A DNA stretch of 64,000 bases from NCBI GenBank assembly GCA_963796055.1, contig CAWCKH010000004.1, positions 1,952,001-2,016,000 on the forward strand, in the 5' to 3' direction. Shown piece by piece: positions 1 through 11,331 of the stretch; positions within the stretch are counted from its first letter, which is position 1; every line of letters starts with the position of its first letter. Origin of the DNA: an uncultured delta proteobacterium. GTDB lineage: Bacteria > Myxococcota > Myxococcia > Myxococcales > Myxococcaceae. The translations under genes and the position numbers were made by a program. The notes beneath the pieces are model-generated. The model was not told where the DNA came from, searched no databases, and saw only the letters and a list, made by a program, of their open reading frames with translations.

Positions 1-1958
1 GTTTGCCTCGCGGGTCGAGCTCACCTACACCAACGACCTCTCGCTCGATCAGCTCGAGGACCGCGTCCGGCAGCTGCCCGACTCGGAGCTGGTGCTCTGG
101 GGGAGCCTGCTCCAGGACCCGACCGGACGGGAGTTCGACACGACCGAGCCTCTGACCCGGGTCTCGGCGGCGAGCCGTCGCCCCGTCTTCGGGGTCATCT
201 ACGAGGACCTGGGGGCGGGCATTCTCGGCGGCGAGCTGGTGAGCATGAAGCTGTCCGGGCAGATCGCCGCGCAGCTCGCGCTGCGGGTGCTGGGCGGGGA
301 GCCGGCGTCCTCCATTCCCCCGGTGGTCGACGCGGGCCTGGCACCGATGTTCGACGCCCGTCAGCTCTCGCGGTGGGGCCTGGGGGAACGGGCGCTTCCC
401 CCGGGGACCCAGGTCCTCTTCCGTCCGCCGAGCCTCCTGAAGGAGCATGGACGCGCCATCGGTCTGATCCTGGGAGTCATGGTCGTGGAGTCCCTGCTGG
501 TCGCCGGGCTGATCATCCAGCTGCGACGGCGCCACCGCTTCGAGCGGGCGCTGGCCACCGCCGAGACCCGCTACCGCACCGTGGCGGACTTCACCCACGA
601 CTGGGAGTTCTGGCGCCGGCCCGACGGGTCGTTCGAGTACCTCTCGCCGGCCTGTGAGCGGGTGAGTGGACACCCGGCCGGGGACTTCCTGGCCGACCCC
701 GGGCTGCTGGACCGGCTGGTCCACGAGGAGGATTCTGGAGATCTGGCGCGGCGCCGTCTCGGCCACGCAGCCCACCACCCCGGTGGAGTTCCGGATGCGC
801 TCCCGCGAGGGCGAGGTGCGCTGGGTGCGCTTCGCCAGCAACCCGGTCCGGCTTCCCGACGGTCGCACCGCGGGTCTCCGGGGAAGCCTCGCCGACGTGA
901 CCTCGCGAAAGCTCGGGGAGCTCGCCCTGGAGCAGGCCTACCGGGAGATCGCCGCGCTCAAGGACCGGCTCGAGGCCGAGAACACCTACTACCGCGAGAA
1001 GATCCACGCGGTGGAGCCCTCCGGCGAGCTGCTGGGGCAGAGCGACCCGATGAAGTACCTCCACTTCCGGATCCGCCAGGTCGCCCCCTCCGACACCACG
1101 GTGCTCATCCTCGGCGAGACCGGAACCGGCAAGGAGCTGGTGGCCGAGGCGATCCACACGCTCGGGCCCCGCAAGGACCGGCCGCTGGTGAAGGTGAACT
1201 GCGCAGCGCTGCCGCCGACGCTGGCGGAGAGCGAGCTGTTCGGCCACGAGAAGGGCGCGTTCACCGGCTCCACGGGCCAGCGAAGGGGCCGCTTCGAGAT
1301 GGCCGACGGGGCCACCCTGTTCCTGGACGAGGTGGGAGAGCTGGCGCCCGAGCTGCAGGCGAAGCTGCTGCGGGTCCTGCAGGACGGCACCTTCGAGCGG
1401 GTGGGCGGCGACCGGACGCTGAAGGTGGACGTGCGGGTGATCGCCGCGACCAACCGGGCGCTGTCACGCGACGTGGCCGCCGGCCGCTTCCGGGAAGACC
1501 TCTGGTACCGGCTGAACGTGTTTCCGATCAGCGTCCCCCCGCTCCGCCAGCGCAAGGAGGACATCCCCACCCTGGCGCTGGCCTTCGTCAATCGCGCCGC
1601 GGAGCGCCTGGGCCGGAAGGCTCCCGAGATTCCCCAGTCGGTCATCCTCGCGCTGCAGGGGCGCGACTGGCCGGGGAACGTCCGCGAGCTCCAGAACACC
1701 ATCGAGCAGGCGGTGCTCGTCTCCGAGGGCGGGCACCTTCGACTCCCCGACCCGCCTCCCGCCGCCGTGCCCGCTCCCGCCGCCAGCGGCACTCAGTCGC
1801 TCGAGGAGGTCGAGCGGCGGCACATCCTCGAGGTGCTCGAGGCCGCGGGCTGGAAGCTCGAAGGGGCGAACGGGGCGGCGGCGCTGCTCGGTCTCAAGCC
1901 GAGCACGCTCCGGTCGCGGATGCAGAAGCTGGAAATTCGGCGGCCGTCGGGCGCCTAG
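1..1958 (+). CDS. Membrane-anchored sigma-54-dependent transcriptional activator (periplasmic SBP-like domain, TM, PAS, AAA+, Fis-HTH); 5'-partial, with a +1 frameshift near 733
   Basis: Frame of ORF 92.. encodes the sensor, TM and PAS start. ORF 666..1958 carries Walker A GETGTGKE, ESELFGHEKGAFTGS, LFLDEVGE, RVIAATNR, WPGNVRELQN and the C-terminal HTH. Removing one T at GATTCTG (~733) fuses them (HEEDLEIWRG). Confidence 0.88.
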
Positions 1959-1985
1959 AGCCTCGCGTCGAGGCACGGGACGAGC

Positions 1986-2018
1986 CCACGACATCTCGTG
2001 GTCCACGACGAGTCGTGG
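1986..2018. promoter_or_regulatory. Tandem palindromic upstream activator sequences CCACGA-N4-TCGTGG x2
   Basis: CCACGAcatcTCGTGG at 1986-2001 and CCACGAcgagTCGTGG at 2003-2018, 55-85 bp upstream of a sigma-54 promoter. Confidence 0.65.
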
Positions 2019-2072
2019 GCGCGGGCTGATCTCGAATGGTGTCGTCCCGAGCACTTATGGGCTCGGGGACGG

Positions 2073-2088
2073 TGGCGCCGCACTTGCT
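2073..2088 (+). promoter_or_regulatory. sigma-54 (-24/-12) promoter
   Basis: TGGCGC-CGCAC-TTGCT matches TGGCAC-N5-TTGCW and ends 15 bp before the ATG at 2104. Confidence 0.75.
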
Positions 2089-2103
2089 CTTCCGACGGCC
2101 CAC

Positions 2104-2436
2104 ATGAGTGCCGCCTCCGAACCCGCGAGCCAGCCGTTGCACGCGGTGGCGTATCTGATTTCTCCCGAGCGCGAGAAGCGCGACGAGCTGCTCCAGACGC
2201 TGCACTTGCTGGTGGAGGAGATCCGCCGGAGCCCGGGGTGCCTGGTCTGCGCCATCTGCCGCGAGCACGAGGGCGAACTCCTGGTGGTGGTCAGTGGCTG
2301 GAAGACGCGGGGCGATCTGCGACGCCACATCCGTTCCGAGCACTTCCAGATCCTCTCCGGCGCCTCGCGCTTGCTCGGAGCGTCGGCCGAGGTCGCGGCC
2401 CTGCTTTCGCTGCCCGTGGACGCAGAGCTCTCCTGA
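2104..2436 (+). CDS. Antibiotic-biosynthesis-monooxygenase (ABM)/quinol monooxygenase-like small protein
   Basis: 110 aa with PEKRDELL...IRRSPGCL...W...L.RHIRSEHF, the pattern of dimeric alpha-beta barrel ABM proteins. Confidence 0.65.
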   Translation: MSAASEPASQPLHAVAYLISPEREKRDELLQTLHLLVEEIRRSPGCLVCAICREHEGELLVVVSGWKTRGDLRRHIRSEHFQILSGASRLLGASAEVAALLSLPVDAELS

Positions 2437-2551
2437 CCCGCGCCTTCATGAACCCTCACCGAAGGAGAAACCCGATTCGCCGGCACGGACCCTGCCCCGG
2501 TCATCGGGAATGAGACCGGTGCTTGTCTGCTCGATAGGTGCCTTGGAGGAC

Positions 2552-2989
2552 ATGGGTCCCGACGTCGAATGGCTGGCCAGCGACGCGGAGGGCCACGTGG
2601 CGCTCTTCAGCAGCCGGGGTGGGGCGATTCCACCGGATGCGGTGCTGCAGGACATGGACGCCCACTTCCGGGCCATCCACGCGCTGCTTGCGGCCCCCGT
2701 GTTGACCCGCGCCCTCTTCCCGCCGCCCGCGCCGGCGAACGAGCGCTGGCGCGCGGCGGCGGACCACGGGCTCTTCGTATACCGCTGCGGCCCGGGCGGA
2801 GGGGCGTACCGGCTGGCCGCGGCGCCGGAGATTCCCATCCGGGCGCTGGAGCTTCCGGAGGTCGCGGGGCTCCTAGTGGGGGCGTTGCGCTTCGATCAGC
2901 TCCGCTTCCGCCACGTCCACTCGGTGACCCCGGACGTGCTCCTGGGCTACTGCCCGACCACCGTCATCACCCCGCCGTTCATCGAGTAG
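2552..2989 (+). CDS. Hypothetical protein
   Basis: GGAGGA RBS then ATG 2552; GC3-biased frame (DVEWLASDAEGHVALFSS...). The 3' end overlaps the convergent gene by 43 bp. Confidence 0.6.
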   Translation: MGPDVEWLASDAEGHVALFSSRGGAIPPDAVLQDMDAHFRAIHALLAAPVLTRALFPPPAPANERWRAAADHGLFVYRCGPGGGAYRLAAAPEIPIRALELPEVAGLLVGALRFDQLRFRHVHSVTPDVLLGYCPTTVITPPFIE

Positions 2990-4701
2990 ACGCGGCCCTT
3001 CGAATCGATGGCGATGGGGGTGTACGCAGCGCCGAGGGACTGAAGGAGGAACCGCTGCTCGACCAGCGTCCCTCCCTGGCGGATGGAGTAGACGCGCCCG
3101 TCCTCGCTGTTCGCGTAGACCGTCCCGTCCGGTCCGACGGCTGGCGCGTTGACGCACCACTCGAATCCGTCGGGGTGATCGGAGTTGCAGCTGAGCCCTC
3201 CGTCCGCCTCGGTGGAGCAGCTGCGCGTCTCGGTCGAGGTGAACTTCCATTCGACCTGGAGGTCCCGCGAGAGCTGCGTCATGTTGTAGGGACCTTCGGG
3301 TCCGCCCGGAGGACCGTAGTGGTTGTCCTTGGTGATGATGGAGTATGTCCCGCCATGGACCCAGACCGCGGGGGTCACGTCCCAGCCGAAGTCGTAGGTG
3401 CCCATCAGCTTTCCGTCCGGGCTCACTTTGACAAGATGTCCGCGGCTGCCGTTGTACGCGGTGAATCCCCCGTACAGCACCGCGCCGTCGGGGAGCGCCA
3501 CCGGCACCGAGGAGCCCTGGTCGCTCACCTGGACGGTGGGCTTGAGCCCGGTGTTCGGGTCCACTCCCATCGGAGCGCCCTGCCGGCAGCCGGTGACGAG
3601 CACGTTGCACCCGTCGTTCAGCAGCTCCCGCATGCGGAACGTCCAGCGCGGCGTCAGGTCCGGGTTCAGCGCCACGAGCGAGGAGTCGTTCGGCGCGTAG
3701 TGCGCACGGCTCACCACGAAGATGACCCCGCCGGGGCCGATCGCCGGACCGGAGTTGAACCCTGGGCGCTGGGAGCCACACGGCCCGGTGGGCACCGGGA
3801 CGGGGGCCGGGTAGGGGCGGGGGATCTGGCCCGCGCTGAAGGTGTAAGGGCACTGGTCGGTGGCCGCGGGCGCTCCGGAGACGATGCTCTGGTAAAGCAC
3901 CTTCGTCGGCGGGCCGTTGGTCGGAACGCGGACCAGCCAGCCCTTTGCGTCGGCGGACGTCGGAAGTAGCGGGTCGAGCTCGACGACGTTGTAGAGCAGC
4001 GTCCCATCGGCATCGACCACCAGCGGGCCAGTGACGAACCGGTTGGTGTTCACGTCGGTGAACGGGTTCACGGCCTCGATAACGACGAGCTGTCGGTTCA
4101 GGCGGAAGACCGTTCCCGACGCGCCGGGGACCCAGACCACCTGGTCGTGGGCCGCGTGCTGGAACACGGGTTCCCACGCCCGGACCACCTGCCAGGGCGG
4201 AGGCTTCCAGCTGCTGCCGAAGGACTCCTTCGGGACCAGCGCCCCTGACTCCCAGGCCAGGTGCTTCACCGTCCAGGTCTGCTGGTTCCATGCATCGAGT
4301 CCGCATGGATCCGGATTGCCCAGAGTGCCGGGAGGGTCGCAGCTCACGTACTTGCCGGACTTCACCGCCATGTAGAGGTCGTCGCCGACCACCACGGGTG
4401 TCGCGTAATGCGTGAGAAGGTCCCCCCCTGTCTCGGCGATTTCCTGATCCACGAATTGATCGAAGATGAGGGTGGCGAGCGCGGTGCCGAATCCCGACGC
4501 CGCCACGCACGCCTGCCCCGTATGCGCCCAGTTCTGTCCCCACTGCGTCCAGTCGCAGCCGGCATCCGCCCGGAGGGGGTCGGAGATGAACGGGAGCGGC
4601 GGGCCACTGTCATTCTGGCCAGCGTCGTTGCCACCCGGGGTGTCCGAGCAGGCGGTCAGGCTCAACGCGACCAGCGCGGCGGCGATCAAGAGTGTCTTCA
4701 T
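2947..4701 (-). CDS. Cys-rich lipoprotein with PQQ-like beta-propeller repeats
   Basis: Lipobox [25 protein letters not shown] motif; repeats such as [20 protein letters not shown] and [11 protein letters not shown]. Confidence 0.75.
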   Translation of the reverse strand: MKTLLIAAALVALSLTACSDTPGGNDAGQNDSGPPLPFISDPLRADAGCDWTQWGQNWAHTGQACVAASGFGTALATLIFDQFVDQEIAETGGDLLTHYATPVVVGDDLYMAVKSGKYVSCDPPGTLGNPDPCGLDAWNQQTWTVKHLAWESGALVPKESFGSSWKPPPWQVVRAWEPVFQHAAHDQVVWVPGASGTVFRLNRQLVVIEAVNPFTDVNTNRFVTGPLVVDADGTLLYNVVELDPLLPTSADAKGWLVRVPTNGPPTKVLYQSIVSGAPAATDQCPYTFSAGQIPRPYPAPVPVPTGPCGSQRPGFNSGPAIGPGGVIFVVSRAHYAPNDSSLVALNPDLTPRWTFRMRELLNDGCNVLVTGCRQGAPMGVDPNTGLKPTVQVSDQGSSVPVALPDGAVLYGGFTAYNGSRGHLVKVSPDGKLMGTYDFGWDVTPAVWVHGGTYSIITKDNHYGPPGGPEGPYNMTQLSRDLQVEWKFTSTETRSCSTEADGGLSCNSDHPDGFEWCVNAPAVGPDGTVYANSEDGRVYSIRQGGTLVEQRFLLQSLGAAYTPIAIDSKGRVYSMNGGVMTVVGQ

Positions 4702-4862
4702 GCGAGGGAATGCGCCCGGGAGTTCCCCTCGGCCTCCTGGGGGAGGGCACACTTCCGCCCGGCGACGCCCGGCGCGTCAAGCCGAAGGCCGGGAGTGGCG
4801 CCCGGCCGGCGCTGGTTGTAACCCACCGGTGCCCTGGCGCGTCTCCCGGGGAGGAACCCGTC

Positions 4863-5852
4863 ATGTCCAAGCCCGAGACCCCCGAGCCGCCCTCCCGCGA
4901 GGTCACCCCCGAGCGCCTCTACCTCCGTCGCCGCGAGTTCTTGAGGAACGCCGGGCTGGGCGTGCTGACCGCTGCCGCCACCGGCGCCGGGCTGGTGGCC
5001 CTGACCCAGGGTGGGCCGGGGCTCGCCCGGCAGGGAGGGAAGGGGAAGCCCGCGCCGGAGCCAGAGCCTCCCAAGATCCTCGGACGCTATAGCACTACCG
5101 AGAAGCCCACCCGGTACGAGGACATCACCCACTACAACAACTTCTACGAGTTCGGGACCGACAAGACCGACCCCGCCGCCAATGCGGGCACGCTGAAGAC
5201 CCGTCCCTGGACGGTGACGGTGGACGGCCTGGTGAAGAAGCCCCTCACCCTCGACATCGACGACTTGTTGAAGTGGTTCCCGCTCGAGGAGCGCATCTAC
5301 CGGATGCGCTGCGTGGAAGCGTGGAGCATGGTCATCCCCTGGCTCGGCTTCCCGCTCGGCGACTTCGTCAAGCGCGTCGAGCCGCTCGGCTCGGCGAAGT
5401 ACGTCGCCTTCCAGACCCTGCTCGACCCCCAGCAGATGCCGCTGCAGCGCAGCCACATCCTCGAGTGGCCGTACGTCGAGGGGCTCCGGATGGACGAGGC
5501 CACCCATCCGTTGACCCTGCTCGTCGCCGGTCTCTACGGGAAGTCGCTGCCCAACCAGGATGGCGCACCGCTGCGGCTGGTCGTCCCCTGGAAGTACGGC
5601 TTCAAGGGCATCAAGAGCATCGTGAAGGTCAGCTTCGTCGAGAAGCAGCCGCCCACCACCTGGTCGCTGGAGGGCCCGAGCGAGTATGGCTTCTACGCCA
5701 ACGTGAACCCCGCCGTGCCGCACCCACGCTGGAGCCAGGCCACCGAGCGCCGGATCGGGGAGTTCGAGCGCCGCAAGACGCTCCCCTTCAACGGCTACGC
5801 CGACGAGGTGGCGAACCTCTACGCCGGCCTGGACCCGAAGACGCTCTACTGA
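4863..5852 (+). CDS. msrP: Protein-methionine-sulfoxide reductase catalytic subunit
   Basis: Tat motif [58 protein letters not shown]. Confidence 0.96.
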   Translation: MSKPETPEPPSREVTPERLYLRRREFLRNAGLGVLTAAATGAGLVALTQGGPGLARQGGKGKPAPEPEPPKILGRYSTTEKPTRYEDITHYNNFYEFGTDKTDPAANAGTLKTRPWTVTVDGLVKKPLTLDIDDLLKWFPLEERIYRMRCVEAWSMVIPWLGFPLGDFVKRVEPLGSAKYVAFQTLLDPQQMPLQRSHILEWPYVEGLRMDEATHPLTLLVAGLYGKSLPNQDGAPLRLVVPWKYGFKGIKSIVKVSFVEKQPPTTWSLEGPSEYGFYANVNPAVPHPRWSQATERRIGEFERRKTLPFNGYADEVANLYAGLDPKTLY

Positions 5853-5855
5853 ACG

Positions 5856-6512
5856 ATGGCCCCCCGTCGTGCGCCGCTTCCCTGGTTGAAGCCCGGCCTG
5901 TTCGCCGGGGCGCTGATCCCGCTCGGGGTGCTGGGCTGGCGCGCGGTGCACGGCACGCTGGGGGCGGATGCCATCGCCGTGGGGTTGAACCAGCTCGGCT
6001 ACCTGGCGCTGGTGTTCCTCGTCGCCTCGCTGGCCTGCACCCCGCTGAAGATCCTCACCGGGTGGACGTGGCCAATCCGGATCCGGCGGATGCTGGGGCT
6101 GTTCGCCGCCTTGTACGCCGCCCTCCACTTCACCACCTACGTGGCGATCGACCAGCAGCTCGACTGGGCCGTGCTCTGGGGGGACGTGACGCAGCGGAAG
6201 TTCATGATCGTCGGTTTCCTCGCCTTCCTGACCCTGCTGCCGCTGGTGTGGACCAGCACCGACGCCTCGGTGCGGCGGCTCGGGTTCCAGCGGTGGAAGG
6301 CGCTGCACCGGCTGGCCTACGTCGCCGGGGTCCTGGCGGTCGTGCACTTCATCTGGCGGGTCAAGCTCGATGTCCGGGTGCCGCTCACCTGGGCGGCGAT
6401 CCTCGGGCTGCTCTTCCTGGTGCGCATCGCCGATGTGGTCCGGACGCGCCGGCGGAAGCGCGCCCGGGAGGTGGTGACCGCACGCTCGGTGGACCTCGGC
6501 ACGCCGGGCTGA
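5856..6512 (+). CDS. msrQ: Sulfoxide reductase heme-binding membrane subunit
   Basis: RRMLGL, Y..LH, WKALHRLAY..H; lies immediately after msrP. Confidence 0.93.
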   Translation: MAPRRAPLPWLKPGLFAGALIPLGVLGWRAVHGTLGADAIAVGLNQLGYLALVFLVASLACTPLKILTGWTWPIRIRRMLGLFAALYAALHFTTYVAIDQQLDWAVLWGDVTQRKFMIVGFLAFLTLLPLVWTSTDASVRRLGFQRWKALHRLAYVAGVLAVVHFIWRVKLDVRVPLTWAAILGLLFLVRIADVVRTRRRKRAREVVTARSVDLGTPG

Positions 6513-6563
6513 GCGGGATGCGCGCGGATGTGCGACGCTGTTCTCCTGGCGGAGGTCCAGCCG

Positions 6564-6953
6564 ATGGACGAAGCGCGCGACGGTTCACTTCTCGAGTGGC
6601 AGTGGTCGATCTACCCGGCCGGACACCGCGACCGCCGGAATCTGCTGGTGCACGCGCTCACCGTTCCCGTCTTCCAGGTCGGGACCGTGGCGCTGGTGAG
6701 CGCGCCCTTCCTCGGCGGCTGGCTGGCGGCGCTGGGCCTGGGGGCGATGGTGGGGGCAATGGCGATGCAGGGACGCACGCACCGGCTGGAGCAGACGCCT
6801 CCCGTGCCCTTCCGCGGCCCCGGCGACGTCGTGGCGCGGATCCTGGCCGAGCAGTGGATGACCTTTCCCCGCTACGTGTCGAGCGGGCAGTTCGCTCGCG
6901 CTTGGCGCGAGGCCGCACCGGCGAGCGCGGCGATGGGCGGCTCGCGGCGCTGA
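6564..6953 (+). CDS. Mpo1/DUF962-like membrane protein
   Basis: Y...HRDRRNLLVHALTVP and QGRTHRLE motifs with hydrophobic segments. Confidence 0.7.
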   Translation: MDEARDGSLLEWQWSIYPAGHRDRRNLLVHALTVPVFQVGTVALVSAPFLGGWLAALGLGAMVGAMAMQGRTHRLEQTPPVPFRGPGDVVARILAEQWMTFPRYVSSGQFARAWREAAPASAAMGGSRR

Positions 6954-6996
6954 GCCCTGGCAGCCGCTCGCAGGCCTCCGGCCTCGGAGGCGCGCC

Positions 6997-8031
6997 TCAC
7001 GGGGTCGGCGGGGGCCGCTCGTTGTTCTCCACCTCGGCCCGCCGGGTCAGGCCAGTGACGAAGGAGGGGGTGAGCGGTGACTCCGACTCGGTGCCCGACC
7101 GGCGCTCGAGGTCCTGGCGGGAGCGCGGGCGCGGGAGGAGCCGGGCGCCGATGGAGAGCAGCTCGGAGAGCAAGCCCGGCGCGAGGCCCTGCAGCCTGGC
7201 CCCCGTCCTCGCGCGGCCGGTGAGGATGAGCTCGGCCTCTCCCCGCTCGCACCCGCGAACGATGCTGCGCGCCGCCGCCCGGGCGCTCATCGAGAAGTAG
7301 GGGAGGGAGTCGAGGACCTTGAACCAGGCGTACTCCGCCTGGTGCTGCCCCTTCACCGCGGCGTGGCGGGGGCTCCCGGTGCGCATCAGCCCCGGGCAGA
7401 CGGTGGTGACCACGATCCCGTCGCGGCGAAGCTCGGCGTGCAACCCCTCGCTCCAGCCCACCAGCGCGAACTTGCTCGCCACGTACGGGAGGAGATGCGG
7501 GGTGGGCACCTTGCCTCCGACGCTGCTGATGTTGACGATGCGCCCCTCCCGCCGGCGGCGCATCTCGGGGAGCACCGTCTGGACCAGGAAGAGCGGCCCG
7601 AAGAAGTGCGTGTCCATGGCCTCCTGGTAGTCGGAGACCCGCATCGTCTCCTCGGGCCCGAGCTGGATGACCCCGGCGTTGTTCACCAGCACGTCCACGG
7701 GTCCGAACCGCTCGACCACCTCGCGCACCGTGCGCTGGACCTGATCCTGGAAGCGCACGTCGCAACTGAAGACTTCCGCCTCGGCGCCGCCGGCCCGCAG
7801 CGCATCGCGCGCCCGCGCCAGCTCCTCGTCGTCCCGCGCGACCAGCGCCAGCCGTGCGCCGCGGCGGGCGAATACCCGCGCCAGCTCGAGCCCGAGCCCA
7901 CGCGAGCCGCCGGTGAGCAGCACCACCTTGCCGCGCAGGTCGTACCGTGGATGGGTGAGGCGCCGGCCGAGCCATACCCCCGCCAGCGCGATCGCCCCGA
8001 GCGCCTTCCAGTTCAGTCGTCGCCGTCCCAT
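6997..8031 (-). CDS. SDR family oxidoreductase
   Basis: [19 protein letters not shown], catalytic YVASK. Confidence 0.92.
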   Translation of the reverse strand: MGRRRLNWKALGAIALAGVWLGRRLTHPRYDLRGKVVLLTGGSRGLGLELARVFARRGARLALVARDDEELARARDALRAGGAEAEVFSCDVRFQDQVQRTVREVVERFGPVDVLVNNAGVIQLGPEETMRVSDYQEAMDTHFFGPLFLVQTVLPEMRRRREGRIVNISSVGGKVPTPHLLPYVASKFALVGWSEGLHAELRRDGIVVTTVCPGLMRTGSPRHAAVKGQHQAEYAWFKVLDSLPYFSMSARAAARSIVRGCERGEAELILTGRARTGARLQGLAPGLLSELLSIGARLLPRPRSRQDLERRSGTESESPLTPSFVTGLTRRAEVENNERPPPTP

Positions 8032-8121
8032 GCGGCCGAGGGTAGTCACCGCTTCCCCGGGTGCCCGGCTGCCCGGGCTCGCTCGCCTGGGCGCTTCCCC
8101 GGCGTTGCTCCTCGCCCATGG

Positions 8122-8138
8122 CTGAACGTATGTTCAGG
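8122..8138. promoter_or_regulatory. Putative Myxococcus-type LexA (SOS) box
   Basis: CTGAACGTATGTTCAGG: perfect CTGAAC-N4-GTTCAG inverted repeat, 16/17 match to the M. xanthus consensus CTRHAMRYBYGTTCAGS as recalled; ~14 bp upstream of ATG 8152. Confidence 0.65.
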
Positions 8139-8151
8139 GCCCCAACCCAAC

Positions 8152-8565
8152 ATGGAACGGACCGAGCTCCTGGCGATGGTGAAGTGTCTCGGGGCCGAGT
8201 TCCGGAAGCGCGGGATGCACGGACACCTCGCGCCCCTGCGGCTCTACTGGCTCGCGCTCCGGCACGATCTGGTCCAGCCCGACCGCCACGGGCTGCACGT
8301 GCAGCTGTCGGAGGAGATGGTGGTGGAGTGGTTCAAGCTGCTCCGGCTTCCCCCGTACGAGCGCGCCTATCCGGTGCAGGCGCCCGGCGCGCGGTGCCCG
8401 CAGTGCCCCCCGGACGAGGGGCCCGCAGTGGAGGTCGTCACCGAGCGGACCTTCCCCGAGGGTCGAAAGGTCGCCTGCCTGGCCTGTCGCACCGCCTGGC
8501 TCGAGCTCGAGCCGCCCACGCGGATGGGTCGCGGCTCGGATGCCTCGAGGCGGAAGCCGTCCTAG
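8152..8565 (+). CDS. Hypothetical protein with C-terminal zinc ribbon (CPQC...CLAC)
   Basis: 137-aa GC3-biased frame (MERTELLAMVKCL...) with two CxxC motifs. Confidence 0.65.
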   Translation: MERTELLAMVKCLGAEFRKRGMHGHLAPLRLYWLALRHDLVQPDRHGLHVQLSEEMVVEWFKLLRLPPYERAYPVQAPGARCPQCPPDEGPAVEVVTERTFPEGRKVACLACRTAWLELEPPTRMGRGSDASRRKPS

Positions 8566-8795
8566 GTCCGCGCTGCATGCTGAAGGGACGGCCACCAGGT
8601 CTCGGACTCCGCTCGCCGAGGCTGCCGGCGCGCACGGCTTGCGCCTGCGACGCTACCCTGCAATGGCATGCGGAGAGGGAACGCCGTCCATGAGCGGAAT
8701 GCATGAACCCGGAGGACGGTGGGGCGGCTCCAAGCGTCGGATCGGGCTCCATGACGACGGCTGCCAGTCTTCCAGGGTGCTGCGTGAGCGTCGAG

Positions 8796-11270
8796 ATGGG
8801 CGCCGCCACTGAGGCAGGCGAGGTGATCGATCGCGACCCGGTGTGCGGGATGAGGGTGGATCCGGTGCACCCGAAGGGCGGGACGTGGACGCACGCCGGG
8901 AAGACGTACGGGTTCTGCAACCCGAGGTGCCGGGAGCGGTTCGCAGCCGACCCCGAGCGCTACCTCGCTCGGCCAACGCACGCCGAGGCGAGGCCCGCTC
9001 CGCCGGCGGAGCAGGGTGGCAAACCCACGCCGGCCCATCGGACGCAGCCCCCGCCCGAGCACAGCGACACGTGGATCTGCCCGATGGACCCCGAGGTCGC
9101 GTTGGACCGGCCCGGGCCGTGCCCGAGGTGCGGGATGGCCCTCGAGCCGAAGGAGCCGGCCGCTCGCACGGCGACGCAGTGGGTCTGCCCGATGCACCCG
9201 GAGGTCGTCCGGGACGCCCCGGGGACATGCCCCATCTGCGGAATGGCGCTCGAGCCGCGCACCGTCTCCCTCGACGAGCCGGCGAATCCCGAGCTGAAGG
9301 ACATGCAGCGCCGGCTGCTGGTGGCCGCGCCGTTCACGGTGGCCCTGCTCGCGGTGGCGATGGGCGAGATGGTCGGGTGGCATCTGCCGGGGTGGATCGC
9401 CTGGCTCGAGCTGGTCCTCGCCTCGCCGGTCGTGCTGTGGGGCGGCGCTCCGTTCTTCGCCCGCGCCATCGCCTCGCTGAGGAACCGAAGCCCGAACATG
9501 TTCACGCTGATCGGCCTCGGCGTGGGCGTGGCGTACGGCTTCAGCGTCGTGGCAACGCTGGCCCCGGGCTGGTTCCCGGAGGCGTTTCGAGGTCACGGGG
9601 GGCGGGTGGATGTGTACTTCGAGCCCGCGGCGGTCATCGTCACCCTGGTGCTGGTGGGCCAGGTGCTCGAGCTCCGTGCCCGCGCGGCGACCGGCAGCGC
9701 GCTGCGGGCGCTGCTGAGGCTGCAGCCGGTGTTCGCCCGGCGGGTGGAGGGCGACGTCGAGCGGGACGTGCCGCTCGCCGAGGTCCGGACAGCCGATGTC
9801 CTGCGCGTCCGCCCCGGGGAGAAGGTGCCGGTGGACGGGACGGTCCTCGAGGGACGCACCACCGTGGACGAGTCGCTGGTCACCGGAGAGCCGATGCCGG
9901 TGGAGAAGGGTCCGGGCGATCCGCTCATCGGCGGCACGCTCAACCAGCGCGGCAGTGTCCTGATGCGCGCCGAGCGTGTGGGCGCGGACACCTTGCTCGC
10001 GGGCATCGTTCGCCTGGTCGGAGAGGCCCAGCGGAGCCGGGCCCCCGTCCAGCAGCTGGCGGATCGCGTCTCGGCGGTGTTCGTCCCCGCGGTGATCGCC
10101 ACCGCGGTGGTGACCGGTCTGGTGTGGGCGCTGCTCGGTCCCGAGCCACGCCTGGCATACGCGGTGGTGAACGCGGTGGCGGTGCTCATCATCGCCTGCC
10201 CGTGTGCCCTGGGCCTTGCCACGCCCATGGCGGTGATGGTGGGGACGGGACGTGGGGCGCTCGCCGGGGTGCTCTTCCGGGACGCGACCGCCCTGGAGAG
10301 GCTGCAACGGGCCGACACCCTGGTGCTCGACAAGACCGGGACCCTCACCCTGGGCAAACCGGTGCTGGTGGAGGTCCACCCGGTCCGCGGCGTGAGCGAG
10401 GAGGAGCTCCTGACCCTCACGGCCTCGGTCGAGGCCGGAAGCGAGCACCCGCTGGCCGAGGCCATCATCGGCGGGGCGCGGAGTCGGGGCCTGTCCCTTG
10501 CGCCGGTCGTCGAGTTCCACGCGACCCCGGGCAGTGGCGTGAGTGGCCGCGTCGGCGAGCATCGGGTCGACGTCGGCCGGGGCCCACGGGCCGGGCCGGA
10601 CGCCCCCGGTGTCGCCGAGCTCCTCGACACGGCGCGCGGCTGGCGCGAGCGCGGCCGGACGGTCGCCTTCGTCGAGGTGGATGGGCAGCCCGCGGGGGTG
10701 CTGGCGATCGAGGATCCGATCAAGGAGTCGGCCCGCGGGGCCATCGCCGACCTTGCGCGGGAAGGCATGCGGGTGGTGATCGCCACCGGTGACCATGCCG
10801 CCACCGCCCGGGCCGTCGCCGGGAGCCTCGGCGTCTCCGAGGTGCGCGCCGGTTTGCTGCCCGAGGAGAAGGCCGCGCTGGTCGCTGAGCTCCAGGCGAC
10901 CGGTCGGGTGGTGGCGATGGCCGGTGACGGGGTCAACGACGCACCTGCCCTCGCCCGGGCCGACGTGGGCCTCGCCATGGGGACGGGGACGGACGTGGCG
11001 ATGCAGAGCGCAGGGGTGACGATCGTCTCGGGCGACCTCCGTGGCGTGGTCCGGGCGCGCCGGCTGAGCCGGGCCACGGTGCGGAACATCCGGCAGAACC
11101 TCGCCTTCGCCTTCGGCTACAACCTGCTCGGTGTCCCGGTCGCCGCCGGCGCGCTCTATCCCTTCCTGGGCTGGCTTCTCAGCCCGATGCTGGCGAGTGC
11201 GGCGATGTCGCTGAGCTCGGTCTCGGTCATCGGCAACGCGCTCCGGCTGCGCAACGTGGATCTGGGGTAG
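8796..11270 (+). CDS. copA: Copper-translocating P1B-type ATPase with YHS and two heavy-metal-binding domains
   Basis: DPVCGM/FCNPRC (YHS), CPMxP..CPxCGMALEP x2, [34 protein letters not shown]...MSLSS. Confidence 0.95.
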   Translation: MGAATEAGEVIDRDPVCGMRVDPVHPKGGTWTHAGKTYGFCNPRCRERFAADPERYLARPTHAEARPAPPAEQGGKPTPAHRTQPPPEHSDTWICPMDPEVALDRPGPCPRCGMALEPKEPAARTATQWVCPMHPEVVRDAPGTCPICGMALEPRTVSLDEPANPELKDMQRRLLVAAPFTVALLAVAMGEMVGWHLPGWIAWLELVLASPVVLWGGAPFFARAIASLRNRSPNMFTLIGLGVGVAYGFSVVATLAPGWFPEAFRGHGGRVDVYFEPAAVIVTLVLVGQVLELRARAATGSALRALLRLQPVFARRVEGDVERDVPLAEVRTADVLRVRPGEKVPVDGTVLEGRTTVDESLVTGEPMPVEKGPGDPLIGGTLNQRGSVLMRAERVGADTLLAGIVRLVGEAQRSRAPVQQLADRVSAVFVPAVIATAVVTGLVWALLGPEPRLAYAVVNAVAVLIIACPCALGLATPMAVMVGTGRGALAGVLFRDATALERLQRADTLVLDKTGTLTLGKPVLVEVHPVRGVSEEELLTLTASVEAGSEHPLAEAIIGGARSRGLSLAPVVEFHATPGSGVSGRVGEHRVDVGRGPRAGPDAPGVAELLDTARGWRERGRTVAFVEVDGQPAGVLAIEDPIKESARGAIADLAREGMRVVIATGDHAATARAVAGSLGVSEVRAGLLPEEKAALVAELQATGRVVAMAGDGVNDAPALARADVGLAMGTGTDVAMQSAGVTIVSGDLRGVVRARRLSRATVRNIRQNLAFAFGYNLLGVPVAAGALYPFLGWLLSPMLASAAMSLSSVSVIGNALRLRNVDLG

Positions 11271-11331
11271 CGCTGGCGCCGAGCGCCCGGTCGCCGAGCG
11301 GCCCCGTCGAGCCCTTGAGCCTCGCGCTCGA

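Noticed and set aside
6528..6953. Phage or defence-system gene
   Set aside because: The motifs fit an Mpo1/DUF962 membrane protein; no phage, RT, nuclease or toxin-antitoxin hallmarks were recognised anywhere in the window.
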